A stretch of 64,000 nt of DNA from Eledone cirrhosa (Eukaryota): the NCBI GenBank assembly GCA_964016885.1, contig OZ024750.1, positions 38,006,001-38,070,000 on the forward strand. Reading direction: 5' to 3'. The notes beneath the pieces are model-generated. The model had not been told where the DNA came from, did no database searches, and was given only the letters and a program-made list of their open reading frames with translations. Below are positions 15,960 through 33,100 of this stretch, in pieces. The position numbers and the translations under genes were made by a program. Position 1 is the stretch's first letter. Each line of letters begins with the position of its first letter.

Positions 15960-18900
15960 TATGACTAACCTGTACACTGTATGTGATTTACCATGAAGCT
16001 ATGACTAACCTGTACACTGTATGTGATGTACCATGAAGCTATGACTAACCTGTACACTGTATGTGATGTACCATGAAGCTATGAGTAACCTATACATTGT
16101 ATGTGATGTACCATGAAGCTATGACTAACCTTTACACTGTATGTGATGTACCATGGATTCTATGACTAACCTGTACACTGTATGTGATGTACCATGATGC
16201 TATGACTAACCTATACACTGTATGTGATGTACCATGAAGCTATGACTAACCTTTACACTGTATGTGATGTACCATGAAGCTATGGCTAACCTGTACACTG
16301 TATGTGATGTACCATGAAGCTATGACTAACCTTTACACTGTATGTGATGTACCATGAAGCTATGGCTAACCTGTACACTGTATGTGATGTACCATGAAGT
16401 TATAGCTAATCTGTACACTGTATGTGATGTAACATGAAGCTATAGCTAACCTGTACACTGTATGTGATGTACCATGAAGCTATGACTAACCTGTACACTG
16501 TGTGTGATGTACCATGAAGCTATACCTAACCTATACACTGTATGTGATGTACCATGAAGCTATGACTAACCTCTACACTGTATGTGATGTACCATGAAGC
16601 TATGACTAACCTATACACTGTATGTGATGTACCATGAAGCTATGACTAACCTGTACACTGTATGTGATGTACCATGAAGCTATGATTAACCTATACACTG
16701 TATGTGATGTACCATGAAGCTATGACTAACCTGTACACCGTATGTGATGTACCATGAAGCTATGACTAACCTATACACTGTATGTGATGTACCATGAAGC
16801 TATGACTAACCTGTACACTGTATGTGATGTACCATGAAGCTATGACTAACCTATACACTGTATGTGATGTACCATGCAGCTATGACTAACCTGTACATTG
16901 TATGTGATGTACCATGAAGCTATAGCTAACCTGTACACTGTATGTGATGTACCATGAAGCTATTACTAACCTGTACACTGTATGTGATGTACCATGAAGC
17001 TATGAGTAACCTGTACACTGTATGTGATGTACCATGAAGCTATGACTAACCTGTACACTGTATGTGATGTACCATGAAGCTATGGCTAACCTGTACACTG
17101 TATGTGATGTAACATGAAGCTATAGCTAACCTGTACACTGTATGTGATGTACCATGAAGCTATGACTAACCTGTACACCGTATGTGATGTTCCATGAAGC
17201 TATGACTAACCTATACACTGTATGTGATGTACCATGAAGCTATGACTAACCTGTACACCGTATGTGATGTACCATGAAGCTATTACTAACATATACACTG
17301 TATGTGATGTACCATGCAGCTATGACTAACCTGTACACTGTATGTGATGTACCATGAAGCTATAGCTAACCTGTACACTGTATGTGATGTACCATGAAGC
17401 TATGACTAACCTGTACACTGTATGTGATGTACCATGAAGCTATGACTAACCTGTACACTGTATGTGATGTAACATGAAGCTATAGCTAACCTCTACACTG
17501 TATGTGATGTACCATGAAGCTATGACTAACCTGTACACTGTATGTGATGTACCATGAAGCTATAGCTAACCTGTACACTGTATGTGATGTACCATGAAGC
17601 TATGACTAACCTGTACACTGTATGTGATGTACCATGAAGCTATGGCTAACCTGTACACCGTATGTGATGTAACATGAAGCTATAGCTAACCTGTACACTG
17701 TATGTGATGTACCATGAAGCTATGACTAACCTGTACACTGTATGTGATGTACCATGAAGCTATGACTAACCTGTACACTGTATGTGATGTACCATGAAGC
17801 TATGGCTAACATGTACACTGTATGTGATGTACCATGAAGCTATGGCTAAACTGTACACTGTATGTGATGTACCATGAAGCTATGGCTAACCTGTACACTG
17901 TATGTGATGTACCATGAAGCTATGGCTAACCTGTACACCGTATGTGATGTACCATGAAGCTATGACTAACCTGTACACTGTATATGATGTACCATGAAGC
18001 TATGACTAACATGTACACTGTATGCGATGTACCATGAAGCTATGACTAACCTGTACACTGTATGTGATGTACCATGAAGCTATGACTAACCTGTACACTG
18101 TATGTGATTTACCATGAAGCTATCACTAACCTGTACACTGTATGTGATGTACCATGAAGCTATGACTAACCTGTACACTGTATGTGATGTACCATGAAGC
18201 TATGACTAACCTATACACTGTATGTGATGTACCATGAAGCTATGACTAACCTTTACACTGTATGTGATGTACCATGAATTCTATGACTAACCTGTACACT
18301 GTATGTGATGTACCATGAAGCTATGACTAACCTATACACTGTATGTGATGTACCATGAAGCTATGACTAACCTTTACACTGTATGTGATGTACCATGAAG
18401 CTATGGCTAACCTGTACACTGTATGTGATGTACCATGAAGCTATGGCTAACCTGTACACTGTATGTGATGTACCATGAAGTTATAGCTAATCTGTACACT
18501 GTATGTGATGTAACATGAAGCTATAGCTAACCTGTACACTGTATGTGATGTACCATGAAGCTATGACTAACCTGTACACTGTATGTGATGTACCATGAAG
18601 CTATAGCTAACCTATACACTGTATGTGATGTACCATGAAGCTATGACTAACCTGTACACTGTATGTGATGTACCATGAAGCTATGACTAACCTATACACT
18701 GTATGTGATGTACCATGAAGCTATGACTAACCTGTACACTGTATGTGATGTACCATGAAGCTATGACTAACATGTAACCTGTATGTGATGTACCATGAAG
18801 CTATGACTAACCTGTACACTGTATGTGATGTACCATGAAGCTATGCTAACCTGTACACTGTATGTGATGTACCATGAAGCTATGGCTAACCTGTACAATG

Positions 18901-21900
18901 TATGTGATGTACCATGAAGCTATGACTAACCTATACACTGTATGTGATGTACCATGAAGCTATGACTAACCTGTACACTGTATGTGATGTACCATGAAGC
19001 TATGGCTAAACTGTACACAGTATGTGACTTACCATGAAGCTATGGCTAACCTGTACACTGTATGCGATGTACCATGAAGCTATGACTAACCTGTACACTG
19101 TATGTGATGTACCATGAAGCTATGACTAACCTGTACACTGTATATGATGTACCATGAAGCTATGACTAACATGTACACTGTATGCGATGTACCATGAAGC
19201 TATGACTAACCTGTACACTGTATGTGATGTACCATGAAGCTATGACTAACCTGTACACTGTATGTGATGTACCATGAAGCTATGACTAACCTGTACACTG
19301 TATGTGATGTACCATGAATCTATGGCTAACCTGTACACTGTATGTGATGTACCATGAAGCTATGACTAACCTATACACTGTATGTGATGTACCATGAAGC
19401 TATGACTAAACTGTACACCGTATGTGATGTACCATGAAGCTATAACTAACCTATACACTGTATGTGATGTACCATGAAGCTATGACTAACCTGTACACTG
19501 TATGTGATGTACCATGAAGCTATGACTAACCTATACACTGTATGTGATGTACCATGTAGCTATGACTAACCTGTACACTGTATGTGATGTACCATGAAGC
19601 TATGACTAACCTGTACACTGTATGTGATGTACCATGAAGCTATGACTAACCTGTACACTGTATGGGATGTAGCATGAAGCTATAGCTAACCTGTACACTG
19701 TATGTGATGTACCATGAAGCTATGACTAACCTGTACACTGTATGCGATGTACCATGAAGCTATAGCTAACCTATACACTCTATGTGATGTACCATGAAGC
19801 TATGACTAACCTGTACACTGTATGTGATGTACCATGAAGCTATGGCTAACCTGTACACTCTATGTGATGTAACATGAAGCTATAGCTAACCTGTACACTG
19901 TATGTGATGTACCATGAAGCTATGACTAACCTGTACACTGTATGTGATGTACCATGAAGCTATGACTAACCTGTACACTGTATGTGATTTACCATGAAGC
20001 TATGACTAACATGTACACTGTATGCGATGTACCATGAAGCTATGACTAACCTGTACACTGTATGTGATGTACCATGAAGCTATGACTAACCTGTACACTG
20101 TATGTGATGTACCATGAAGCTATGGCTAACCTGTACACAGTATGTGATGTACCATGAAGCTATAGGTAACCTGTACACTGTATGTGATGAACCATGAAGC
20201 TATGACTAACCTGTACACTGTATGTGATGTACCATGAAGCTATGGCTAACCTGTACACTGTATGTGATGTACCATGAAGCTATGACTAACCTATACACTG
20301 TATGTGATGTACCATGAAGCTATGACTAAACTTTACACTGTATGTGATGTACCATGAAGCTATGACTAACCTGTACACTGTATGTGATGTACCATGAAGC
20401 TATGGCTAACCTGTAGACAGTATGTGATGTACCATGAAGCTATAGGTAACCTGTACACTGTATGTGATGAACCATGAAGCTATGACTAACCTGTACACTG
20501 TATGTGATGTACCATGAAGCTATGACTAACCTGTACACTGTATGTGATTTACCATGAAGCTATGACTAACCTGTACACTGTATGTGATGTACCATGAAGC
20601 TATGACTAACCTGTACACTGTATGTGATGTACCATGAAGCTATGACTAACCTATACATTGTATGTGATGTACCATGAAGCTATGACTAACCTTTACACTG
20701 TATGTGATGTACCATGGATTCTATGACTAACCTGTACACTGTATGTGATGTACCATGATGCTATGACTAACCTATACACTGTATGTGATGTACCATGAAG
20801 CTATGACTAACCTTTACACTGTATGTGATGTACCATGAAGCTATGGCTAACCTGTACACTGTATGTGATGTACCATGAAGCTATGGCTAACCTTTACACT
20901 GTATGTGATGTACCATGAAGTTATAGCTAATCTGTACACTGTATGTGATGTAACATGAAGCTATAGCTAACCTGTACACTGTATGTGATGTACCATGAAG
21001 CTATGACTAACCTGTACACTGTGTGTGATGTACCATGAAGCTATACCTAACCTATACACTGTATGTGATGGACCATGAAGCTATGACTAACCTCTACACT
21101 GTATGTGATGTACCATGAAGCTATGACTAACCTATACACTGTATGTGATGTACCATGAAGCTATGACTAACCTGTACACTGTATGTGATGTACCATGAAG
21201 CTATGACTAACCTATACACTGTATGTGATGTACCATGAAGCTATGACTAACCTGTACACCGTATGTGATGTACCATGAAGCTATGACTAACCTATACACT
21301 GTATGTGATGTACCATGAAGCTATGACTAACCTGTACACTGTATGTGATGTACCATGAAGCTATGACTAACCTATACACTGTATGTGATGTACCATGCAG
21401 CTATGACTAACCTGTACACTGTATGTGATGTACCATGAAGCTATAGCTAACCTGTACACTGTATGTGATGTACCATGAAGCTATTACTAACCTGTACACT
21501 GTATGTGATGTACCATGAAGCTATGAGTAACCTGTACACTGTATGTGATGTACCATGAAGCTATGACTAACCTGTACACTGTATGTGATGTACCATGAAG
21601 CTATGGCTAACCTGTACACTGTATGTGATGTAACATGAAGCTATAGCTAACCTGTACACTGTATGTGATGTACCATGAAGCTATGACTAACCTGTACACC
21701 GTATGTGATGTTCCATGAAGCTATGACTAACCTATACACTGTATGTGATGTACCATGAAGCTATGACTAACCTGTACACCGTATGTGATGTACCATGAAG
21801 CTATTACTAACATATACACTGTATGTGATGTACCATGCAGCTATGACTAACCTGTACACTGTATGTGATGTACCATGAAGCTATAGCTAACCTGTACACT

Positions 21901-24800
21901 GTATGTGATGTACCATGAAGCTATGACTAACCTGTACACTGTATGTGATGTACCATGAAGCTATGACTAACCTGTACACTGTATGTGATGTAACATGAAG
22001 CTATAGCTAACCTCTACACTGTATGTGATGTACCATGAAGCTATGACTAACCTGTACACTGTATGTGATGTACCATGAAGCTATAGCTAACCTGTACACT
22101 GTATGTGATGTACCATGAAGCTATGACTAACCTGTACACTGTATGTGATGTACCATGAAGCTATGGCTAACCTGTACACCGTATGTGATGTAACATGAAG
22201 CTATAGCTAACCTGTACACTGTATGTGATGTACCATGAAGCTATGACTAACCTGTACACTGTATGTGATGTACCATGAAGCTATGACTAACCTGTACACT
22301 GTATGTGATGTACCATGAAGCTATGGCTAACATGTACACTGTATGTGATGTACCATGAAGCTATGGCTAAACTGTACACTGTATGTGATGTACCATGAAG
22401 CTATGGCTAACCTGTACACTGTATGTGATGTACCATGAAGCTATGGCTAACCTGTACACTGTATGTGATGTACCATGAAGCTATGACTAACCTGTACACT
22501 GTATATGATGTACCATGAAGCTATGACTAACATGTACACTGTATGCGATGTACCATGAAGCTATGACTAACCTGTACACTGTATGTGATGTACCATGAAG
22601 CTATGACTAACCTGTACACTGTATGTGATTTACCATGAAGCTATCACTAACCTGTACACTGTATGTGATGTACCATGAAGCTATGACTAACCTGTACACT
22701 GTATGTGATGTACCATGAAGCTATGACTAACCTATACACTGTATGTGATGTACCATGAAGCTATGACTAACCTTTACACTGTATGTGATGTACCATGAAT
22801 TCTATGACTAACCTGTACACTGTATGTGATGTACCATGAAGCTATGACTAACCTATACACTGTATGTGATGTACCATGAAGCTATGACTAACCTTTACAC
22901 TGTATGTGATGTACCATGAAGCTATGGCTAACCTGTACACTGTATGTGATGTACCATGAAGCTATGGCTAACCTGTACACTGTATGTGATGTACCATGAA
23001 GTTATAGCTAATCTGTACACTGTATGTGATGTAACATGAAGCTATAGCTAACCTGTACACTGTATGTGATGTACCATGAAGCTATGACTAACCTGTACAC
23101 TGTATGTGATGTACCATGAAGCTATAGCTAACCTATACACTGTATGTGATGTACCATGAAGCTATGACTAACCTGTACACTGTATGTGATGTACCATGAA
23201 GCTATGACTAACCTATACACTGTATGTGATGTACCATGAAGCTATGACTAACCTGTACACTGTATGTGATGTACCATGAAGCTATGACTAACATGTAACC
23301 TGTATGTGATGTACCATGAAGCTATGACTAACCTGTACACTGTATGTGATGTACCATGAAGCTATGCTAACCTGTACACTGTATGTGATGTACCATGAAG
23401 CTATGGCTAACCTGTACAATGTATGTGATGTACCATGAAGCTATGACTAACCTATACACTGTATGTGATGTACCATGAAGCTATGACTAACCTGTACACT
23501 GTATGTGATGTACCATGAAGCTATGGCTAAACTGTACACAGTATGTGACTTACCATGAAGCTATGGCTAACCTGTACACTGTATGCGATGTACCATGAAG
23601 CTATGACTAACCTGTACACTGTATGTGATGTACCATGAAGCTATGACTAACCTGTACACTGTATATGATGTACCATGAAGCTATGACTAACATGTACACT
23701 GTATGCGATGTACCATGAAGCTATGACTAACCTGTACACTGTATGTGATGTACCATGAAGCTATGACTAACCTGTACACTGTATGTGATGTACCGTGAAG
23801 CTATGACTAACCTGTACACTGTATGTGATGTACCATGAATCTATGGCTAACCTGTACACTGTATGTGATGTACCATGAAGCTATGACTAACCTATACACT
23901 GTATGTGATGTACCATGAAGCTATGACTAACCTGTACACCGTATGTGATGTACCATGAAGCTATAACTAACCTATACATTGTATGTGATGTACCATGAAG
24001 CTATGACTAACCTGTACACTGTATGTGATGTACCATGAAGCTATGACTAACCTATACACTGTATGTGATGTACCATGCAGCTATGACTAACCTGTACACT
24101 GTATGTGATGTACCATGAAGCTATGACTAACCTGTACACTGTATGTGATGTACCATGAAGCTATGACTAACCTGTACACTGTATGTGATGTAGCATGAAG
24201 CTATAGCTAACCTGTACACTGTATGTGATGTACCATGAAGCTATGACTAACCTGTACACTGTATGCGATGTACCATGAAGCTATAGCTAACCTATACACT
24301 CTATGTGATGTACAATGAAGCTATGACTAACCTGTACACTGTATGTGATGTACCATGAAGCTATGGCTAACCTGTACACTGTATGTGATGTACCATGAAG
24401 CTATGACTAACCTGTACACTGTATGTGATTTACCATGAAGCTATGACTAACATGTACACTGTATGCGATGTACCATGAAGCTATGACTAACCTGTACACT
24501 GTATGTGATGTACCATGAAGCTATGACTAACCTGTACACTGTATGTGATGTACCATGAAGCTATGGCTAACCTGTACACAGTATGTGATGTACCATGAAG
24601 CTATAGGTAACCTGTACACTGTATGTGATGAACCATGAAGCTATGACTAACCTGTACACTGTATGTGATGTACCATGAAGCTATGGCTAACCTGTACACT
24701 GTATGTGATGTACCATGAAGCTATGACTAACCTATACACTGTATGTGATGTACCATGAAGCTATGACTAAACTTTACACTGTATGTGATGTACCATGAAG
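15960..24800. repeat. Tandem duplication of about 4.5 kb (about 113-114 monomers); a further partial copy lies at about 7900-10760
   Basis: GGATTC at 16155/20716 (also 8235), CATGATGCTATG near 16193/20754, GAATTC at 18276/22797 (also 10276), the 39-bp unit at 18841/23362, GATGAACC near 20186/24627. Confidence 0.88.
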
Positions 24801-27139
24801 CTATGGCTAACCTGTACACTGTATGTGATGTACCATGAAGCTATGGCTAACCTGTACACTGTATGTGATGTACCATGAAGTTATAGCTAATCTGTACACT
24901 GTATGTGATGTAACATGAAGCTATAGCTAACCTGTACACTGTATGTGATGTACCATGAAGCTATGACTAACCTGTACACTGTATGTGATGTACCATGAAG
25001 CTATAGCTAACCTATACACTGTATGTGATGTACCATGAAGCTATGACTAACCTGTACACTGTATGTGATGTACCATGAAGCTATAACTAACCTATACACT
25101 GTATGTGATGTACCATGAAGCTATGACTAACCTGTACACTGTATGTGATGTACCATGAAGCTATGACTAACATGTACACTGTATGTGATGTACCATGAAG
25201 CTATGACTAACCTGTACACTGTATGTGATGTACCATGAAGCTATGCTAAACGGTACACATTTTGTGATGTACCATGAAGCTATGGCTAACCTGTACAATG
25301 TATGTGATGTACCATGAAGCTATGACTAACCTATACACTGTATGTGATGTACCATGAAGCTATGGCTAACCTGTACACTGTATGTGATGTACCATGAAGC
25401 TATGACTAACCTGTACACTGTATGTGATGTACCATGAAGCTATGGCTAACCTGTACACTGTATGTGATGTACCATGAAGCTATGGCTAACCTGTACACTG
25501 TATGTGATGTACCATGAAGCTATGGCTAACCTGTACACTGTATGTGATGTACCATGCAGCTATGGCTAATCTGTACACTGTATGTGATGTACCATGAAGC
25601 TATGACTAACCTGTACATTGTATGTGATGTACCATGAAGCTATAGCTAACCTGTACACTGTATGTGATGTACCATAAAGCTATGGCTAACCTGTACACTG
25701 TATGTGATGTACCATGAAGCTATGACTAACCTGTACACTGTATATGATGTACCATGAAGCTAGGACTAACCTTTACACTGTATGTGATGTACCATGAAGC
25801 TATGGCTAACATGTACACTGTATGTGATGTACCATGAAGCTATGACTAACCTGTACACAGTATGTGATGTACCATGAAGCTATGGCTAACCTCTACACTG
25901 TATGTGATGTACCATGAAGCTGTGACTAACCTGTACACTGTATGTGATGTTCCATGAAGCTATGACTAACCTGTTCACTGTATGTGATGTACCATGAAGC
26001 TATGGCTAACCTGTACACTGTATGTGATGTACCATGAAGCTATGACTAACTTTTACACTGTATATGATGTACCATGAAGCTATAAATAACATGTACACTG
26101 TATGCGATGTACCATGAAGCTATGACTAACCTGTACACTGTATGTGATGTACCATGAAGCTATGACTAACCTGTACACTGTATGTGATGTACCATGAAGC
26201 TATGGCTAACCTGTACACTGTATGTGATGTAACATGAAGCTATAGCTAACCTGTACACTGTATGTGATGTACCATGAAGCTATGACTAACCTGTACACTG
26301 TATGTGATGTACCATGAAGCTATGACTAACCCGTACACTGTATGTGATGTAACATGAAGCTATAGCTAACCTCTACACTGTATGTGATGTACCATGAAGC
26401 TATGACTAACCTGTACACTGTATGTGATGTACCATGAAGCTATAGCTAACCTATACACTGTATGTGATGTACCATGAAGCTATGACTAATCTGTACACTG
26501 TATGTGATGTACCATGAAGCTATGGCTAACCTGTACACCGTATGTGATGTAACAGGAAGCTATAGCTAACCTGTACACTGTATGTGATGTACCATGAAGC
26601 TATAAGTAACCTGTACACTGTATGTGATGTACCATGAAGCTATGACTAACCTGTACACTGTATGTGATGTACCATGAAGCTATGGCTAACCTGTACACTG
26701 TATGTGATGTACCATGAAGCTATGACTAACCTGTACACTGTATATGATGTACCATGAAGCTATGACTAACATGTACACTGTATGCGATGTACCATGAAGC
26801 TATGACTAACCTGTACACTGTATGTGATGTACCATGAAGCTATGACTAACCTGTACACTGTATGTGATGTACCATGAAGCTATGACTAACCTGTACACTG
26901 TATGTGATGTACCATGAAGCTATGACTAACCTATACACTGTATGTGATGTACCATGAAGCTATGACTAACCTTTACACTTTATGTGATGTACCATGAATT
27001 ATATGACTAACCTGTACACTGTATGTGATGTACCATGAAGCTATGACTAACCTATTCACTGTATGTGATGTACCATGAAGCTATGACTAATCTGTACACT
27101 GTATGTGATGTACCATGAAGCTATGGCTAACCTGTACAC

Positions 27140-30100
27140 CGTATGTGATGTAACATGAAGCTATAGCTAACCTGTACACTGTATGTGATGTACCATGAAG
27201 CTATGACTAACCTGTACACTGTATGTGATGTACCATGAAGCTATAGCTAACCTATACACTGTATGTGATGTACCATGCAGCTATGACTAACCTGTACACT
27301 GTATGTGATGTACCATGAAGCTATGACTAACCTATACACTGTATGTGATGTACCATGAAGCTATGAATAACCTGTACACTGTATGTGATGTACCATGAAG
27401 CTATGACTAACATGTAACCTGTATGTGATGTACCATGAAGCTATGACTAACCTGTACACTGTATGTGATGTACCATGAAGCTATGCTAACCTGTACACTG
27501 TATGTGATGTACCATGAAGCTATGGCTAACCTGTACAATGTATGTGATGTACCATGAAGCTATGACTAACCTATACACTGTATGTGATGTACCATGAAGC
27601 TATGACTAACCTGTACACTGTATGTGATGTACCATGAAGCTATGGCTAACCTGTACACTGTATGTGATGTACCATGAAGCTATGACTTACCTGTACACTG
27701 TATGTGATGTACCATGAAGCTATGGCTAAGCTGTTCACTGTATGTGATGTACCATGAAGCTATGGCTAACATGTACACTGTATGTGATGTACCATGAAGC
27801 TATGGCTAACCTGTACACTGTATGTGATGTACCATGAAGCTATGGCTAAGCTGTACACTGTATGTGATGTACCATGAAGCTATGACTAACCTGTACACTG
27901 TATGTGATGTACCATGAAGCTATAGCTAACCTGTACCCTGTATGTGATGTACCATGAAGCTATGGCTAACCTGTACACTGTATGTGATGTACCATGAAGC
28001 TATGACTAACCTGTACACTGTATGTGATGTACCATGAAGCTATAGCTAACCTATACACTGTATGTGATGTACCATGAAGCTATGGCTAACATGTACACTG
28101 TATGTGATGTACCATGAAGCTATGACTAACTTGTACACTGTATGTGATGTACCATGAAGCTATGGCTAACCTGTACACTGTGTGTGATGTACCATGAAGC
28201 TATGGCTAACCTGTACACTGTATGTGATGTACCATGAAGCTATGGCTAACCTGTACACTGTATGTGATGTACCATGAAGCTATGACTAACCTGTACATTG
28301 TATGTGATGTACCATGAAGCTATAGCTAACCTGTACACTGTATGTGATGTACCATGAAGCTATGGCTAACCTGTACACTGTATGTGATGTACCATGAAGC
28401 TATGACTAACCTGTACACTGTATATGATGTACCATGAAGCTATGACTAACCTTTACACTGTATGTGATGTACCATGAAGCTATGGCTAACATGTACACTG
28501 TATGTGATGTACCATGAAGCTATGACTAACCTGTACACTGTATGTGATGTACCATGAAGCTATGGCTAACCTGTACAATGTATGTGATGTACCATGAAGC
28601 TATGACTAACCTGTACACTGTATGTGATGTTCCATGAAGCTATGACTAACCTGTACACTGTATGTGATGTACCATGAAGCTATGGCTAACCTGTACACTG
28701 TATGTGATGTACCATGAAGCTATGACTAACTTGTACACTGTATATGATGTACCATGAAGCTATGACTAACATGTACACTGTATGCGATGTACCATGAAGC
28801 TATGACTAACCTGTACACTGTATGTGATGTACCATGAAGCTATGACTAACCTGTACACTGTATATGATGTACCATGAAGCTATGACTAACCTTTACACTG
28901 TATGTGATGTACCATGAAGCTATGGCTAACATGTACACTGTATGTGATGTACCATGAAGCTATGACTAACCTGTACACTGTATGTGATGTACCATGAAGC
29001 TATGGCTAACCTCTACACTGTATGTGATGTACCATGAAGCTGTGACTAACCTGTACACTGTATGTGATGTTCCATGAAGCTATGACTAACCTGTACACTG
29101 TATGTGATGTACCATGAAGCTATGGCTAACCTGTACACTGTATGTGATGTACCATGAAGCTATGACTAACTTTTACACTGTATATGATGTACCATGAAGC
29201 TATAAATAACATGTACACTGTATGCGATGTACCATGAAGCTATGACTAACCTGTACACTGTATGTGATGTACCATGAAGCTATGACTAACCTGTACACTG
29301 TATGTGATGTACCATGAAGCTATGGCTAACCTGTACACTGTATGTGATGTACCATGAAGCTATGACTAACCTATACACTGTATGTGATGTACCATGAAGC
29401 TATGACTAACCTTTACACTGTATGTGATGTACCATGAAGCTATGGCTAACCTGTACACTGTATGTGATGTACCATGAAGCTATGGCTAACCTGTACACTG
29501 TATGTGATGTACCATGAAGTTATAGCTAATCTGTACACTGTATGTGATGTAACATGAAGCTATAGCTAACCTGTACACTGTATGTGATGTACCATGAAGC
29601 TATGACTAACCTGTACACTGTATGTGATGTACCATGAAGCTATAGCTAACCTATACACTGTATGTGATGTACCATGCAGCTATGACTAACCTGTACACTG
29701 TATGTGATGTACCATGAAGCTATGACTAACCTATACACTGTATGTGATGTACCATGAAGCTATGAATAACCTGTACACTGTATGTGATGTACCATGAAGC
29801 TATGACTAACATGTAACCTGTATGTGATGTACCATGAAGCTATGACTAACCTGTACACTGTATGTGATGTACCATGAAGCTATGCTAACCTGTACACTGT
29901 ATGTGATGTACCATGAAGCTATGGCTAACCTGTACAATGTATGTGATGTACCATGAAGCTATGACTAACCTATACACTGTATGTGATGTACCATGAAGCT
30001 ATGACTAACCTGTACACTGTATGTGATGTACCATGAAGCTATGGCTAACCTGTACACTGTATGTGATGTACCATGAAGCTATGACTTACCTGTACACTGT

Positions 30101-33100
30101 ATGTGATGTACCATGAAGCTATGGCTAAGCTGTTCACTGTATGTGATGTACCATGAAGCTATGGCTAACATGTACACTGTATGTGATGTACCATGAAGCT
30201 ATGGCTAACCTGTACACTGTATGTGATGTACCATGAAGCTATGGCTAAGCTGTACACTGTATGTGATGTACCATGAAGCTATGACTAACCTGTACACTGT
30301 ATGTGATGTACCATGAAGCTATAGCTAACCTGTACCCTGTATGTGATGTACCATGAAGCTATGGCTAACCTGTACACTGTATGTGATGTACCATGAAGCT
30401 ATGACTAACCTGTACACTGTATGTGATGTACCATGAAGCTATAGCTAACCTATACACTGTATGTGATGTACCATGAAGCTATGGCTAACATGTACACTGT
30501 ATGTAATGTACCATGAAGCTATGACTAACTTGTACACTGTATGTGATGTACCATGAAGCTATGGCTAACCTGTACACTGTGTGTGATGTACCATGAAGCT
30601 ATGGCTAACCTGTACACTGTATGTGATGTACCATGAAGCTATGGCTAACCTGTACACTGTATGTGATGTACCATGAAGCTATGACTAACCTGTACATTGT
30701 ATGTGATGTACCATGAAGCTATAGCTAACCTGTACACTGTATGTGATGTACCATGAAGCTATGGCTAACCTGTACACTGTATGTGATGTACCATGAAGCT
30801 ATGACTAACCTGTACACTGTATATGATGTACCATGAAGCTATGACTAACCTTTACACTGTATGTGATGTACCATGAAGCTATGGCTAACATGTACACTGT
30901 ATGTGATGTACCATGAAGCTATGACTAACCTGTACACTGTATGTGATGTACCATGAAGCTATGGCTAACCTGTACAATGTATGTGATGTACCATGAAGCT
31001 ATGACTAACCTGTACACTGTATGTGATGTTCCATGAAGCTATGACTAACCTGTACACTGTATGTGATGTACCATGAAGCTATGGCTAACCTGTACACTGT
31101 ATGTGATGTACCATGAAGCTATGACTAACTTGTACACTGTATATGATGTACCATGAAGCTATGACTAACATGTACACTGTATGCGATGTACCATGAAGCT
31201 ATGACTAACCTGTACACTGTATGTGATGTACCATGAAGCTATGACTAACCTGTACACTGTATATGATGTACCATGAAGCTATGACTAACCTTTACACTGT
31301 ATGTGATGTACCATGAAGCTATGGCTAACATGTACACTGTATGTGATGTACCATGAAGCTATGACTAACCTGTACACTGTATGTGATGTACCATGAAGCT
31401 ATGGCTAACCTCTACACTGTATGTGATGTACCATGAAGCTGTGACTAACCTGTACACTGTATGTGATGTTCCATGAAGCTATGACTAACCTGTACACTGT
31501 ATGTGATGTACCATGAAGCTATGGCTAACCTGTACACTGTATGTGATGTACCATGAAGCTATGACTAACTTTTACACTGTATATGATGTACCATGAAGCT
31601 ATAAATAACATGTACACTGTATGCGATGTACCATGAAGCTATGACTAACCTGTACACTGTATGTGATGTACCATGAAGCTATGACTAACCTGTACACTGT
31701 ATGTGATGTACCATGAAGCTATGGCTAACCTGTACACTGTATGTGATGTACCATGAAGCTATGACTAACCTATACACTGTATGTGATGTACCATGAAGCT
31801 ATGACTAACCTTTACACTGTATGTGATGTACCATGAAGCTATGGCTAACCTGTACACTGTATGTGATGTACCATGAAGCTATGGCTAACCTGTACACTGT
31901 ATGTGATGTACCATGAAGTTATAGCTAATCTGTACACTGTATGTGATGTAACATGAAGCTATAGCTAACCTGTACACTGTATGTGATGTACCATGAAGCT
32001 ATGACTAACCTGTACACTGTATGTGATGTACCATGAAGCTATAGCTAACCTATACACTGTATGTGATGTACCATGCAGCTATGACTAACCTGTACACTGT
32101 ATGTGATGTACCATGAAGCTATGACTAACCTATACACTGTATGTGATGTACCATGAAGCTATGAATAACCTGTACACTGTATGTGATGTACCATGAAGCT
32201 ATGACTAACATGTAACCTGTATGTGATGTACCATGAAGCTATGACTAACCTGTACACTGTATGTGATGTACCATGAAGCTATGCTAACCTGTACACTGTA
32301 TGTGATGTACCATGAAGCTATGGCTAACCTGTACAATGTATGTGATGTACCATGAAGCTATGACTAACCTATACACTGTATGTGATGTACCATGAAGCTA
32401 TGACTAACCTGTACACTGTATGTGATGTACCATGAAGCTATGGCTAACCTGTACACTGTATGTGATGTACCATGAAGCTATGACTTACCTGTACACTGTA
32501 TGTGATGTACCATGAAGCTATGGCTAAGCTGTTCACTGTATGTGATGTACCATGAAGCTATGGCTAACATGTACACTGTATGTGATGTACCATGAAGCTA
32601 TGGCTAACCTGTACACTGTATGTGATGTACCATGAAGCTATGGCTAAGCTGTACACTGTATGTGATGTACCATGAAGCTATGACTAACCTGTACACTGTA
32701 TGTGATGTACCATGAAGCTATAGCTAACCTGTACCCTGTATGTGATGTACCATGAAGCTATGGCTAACCTGTACACTGTATGTGATGTACCATGAAGCTA
32801 TGACTAACCTGTACACTGTATGTGATGTACCATGAAGCTATGGCTAACATGTACACTGTATGTGATGTACCATGAAGCTATGACTAACTTGTACACTGTA
32901 TGTGATGTACCATAAAGCTATGGCTAACCTGTACACTGTGTGTGATGTACCATGAAGCTATGGCTAACCTGTACACTGTATGTGATGTACCATGAAGCTA
33001 TGGCTAACCTGTACACTGTATGTGATGTACCATGAAGCTATGACTAACCTGTACATTGTATGTGATGTACCATGAAGCTATAGCTAACCTGTACACTGTA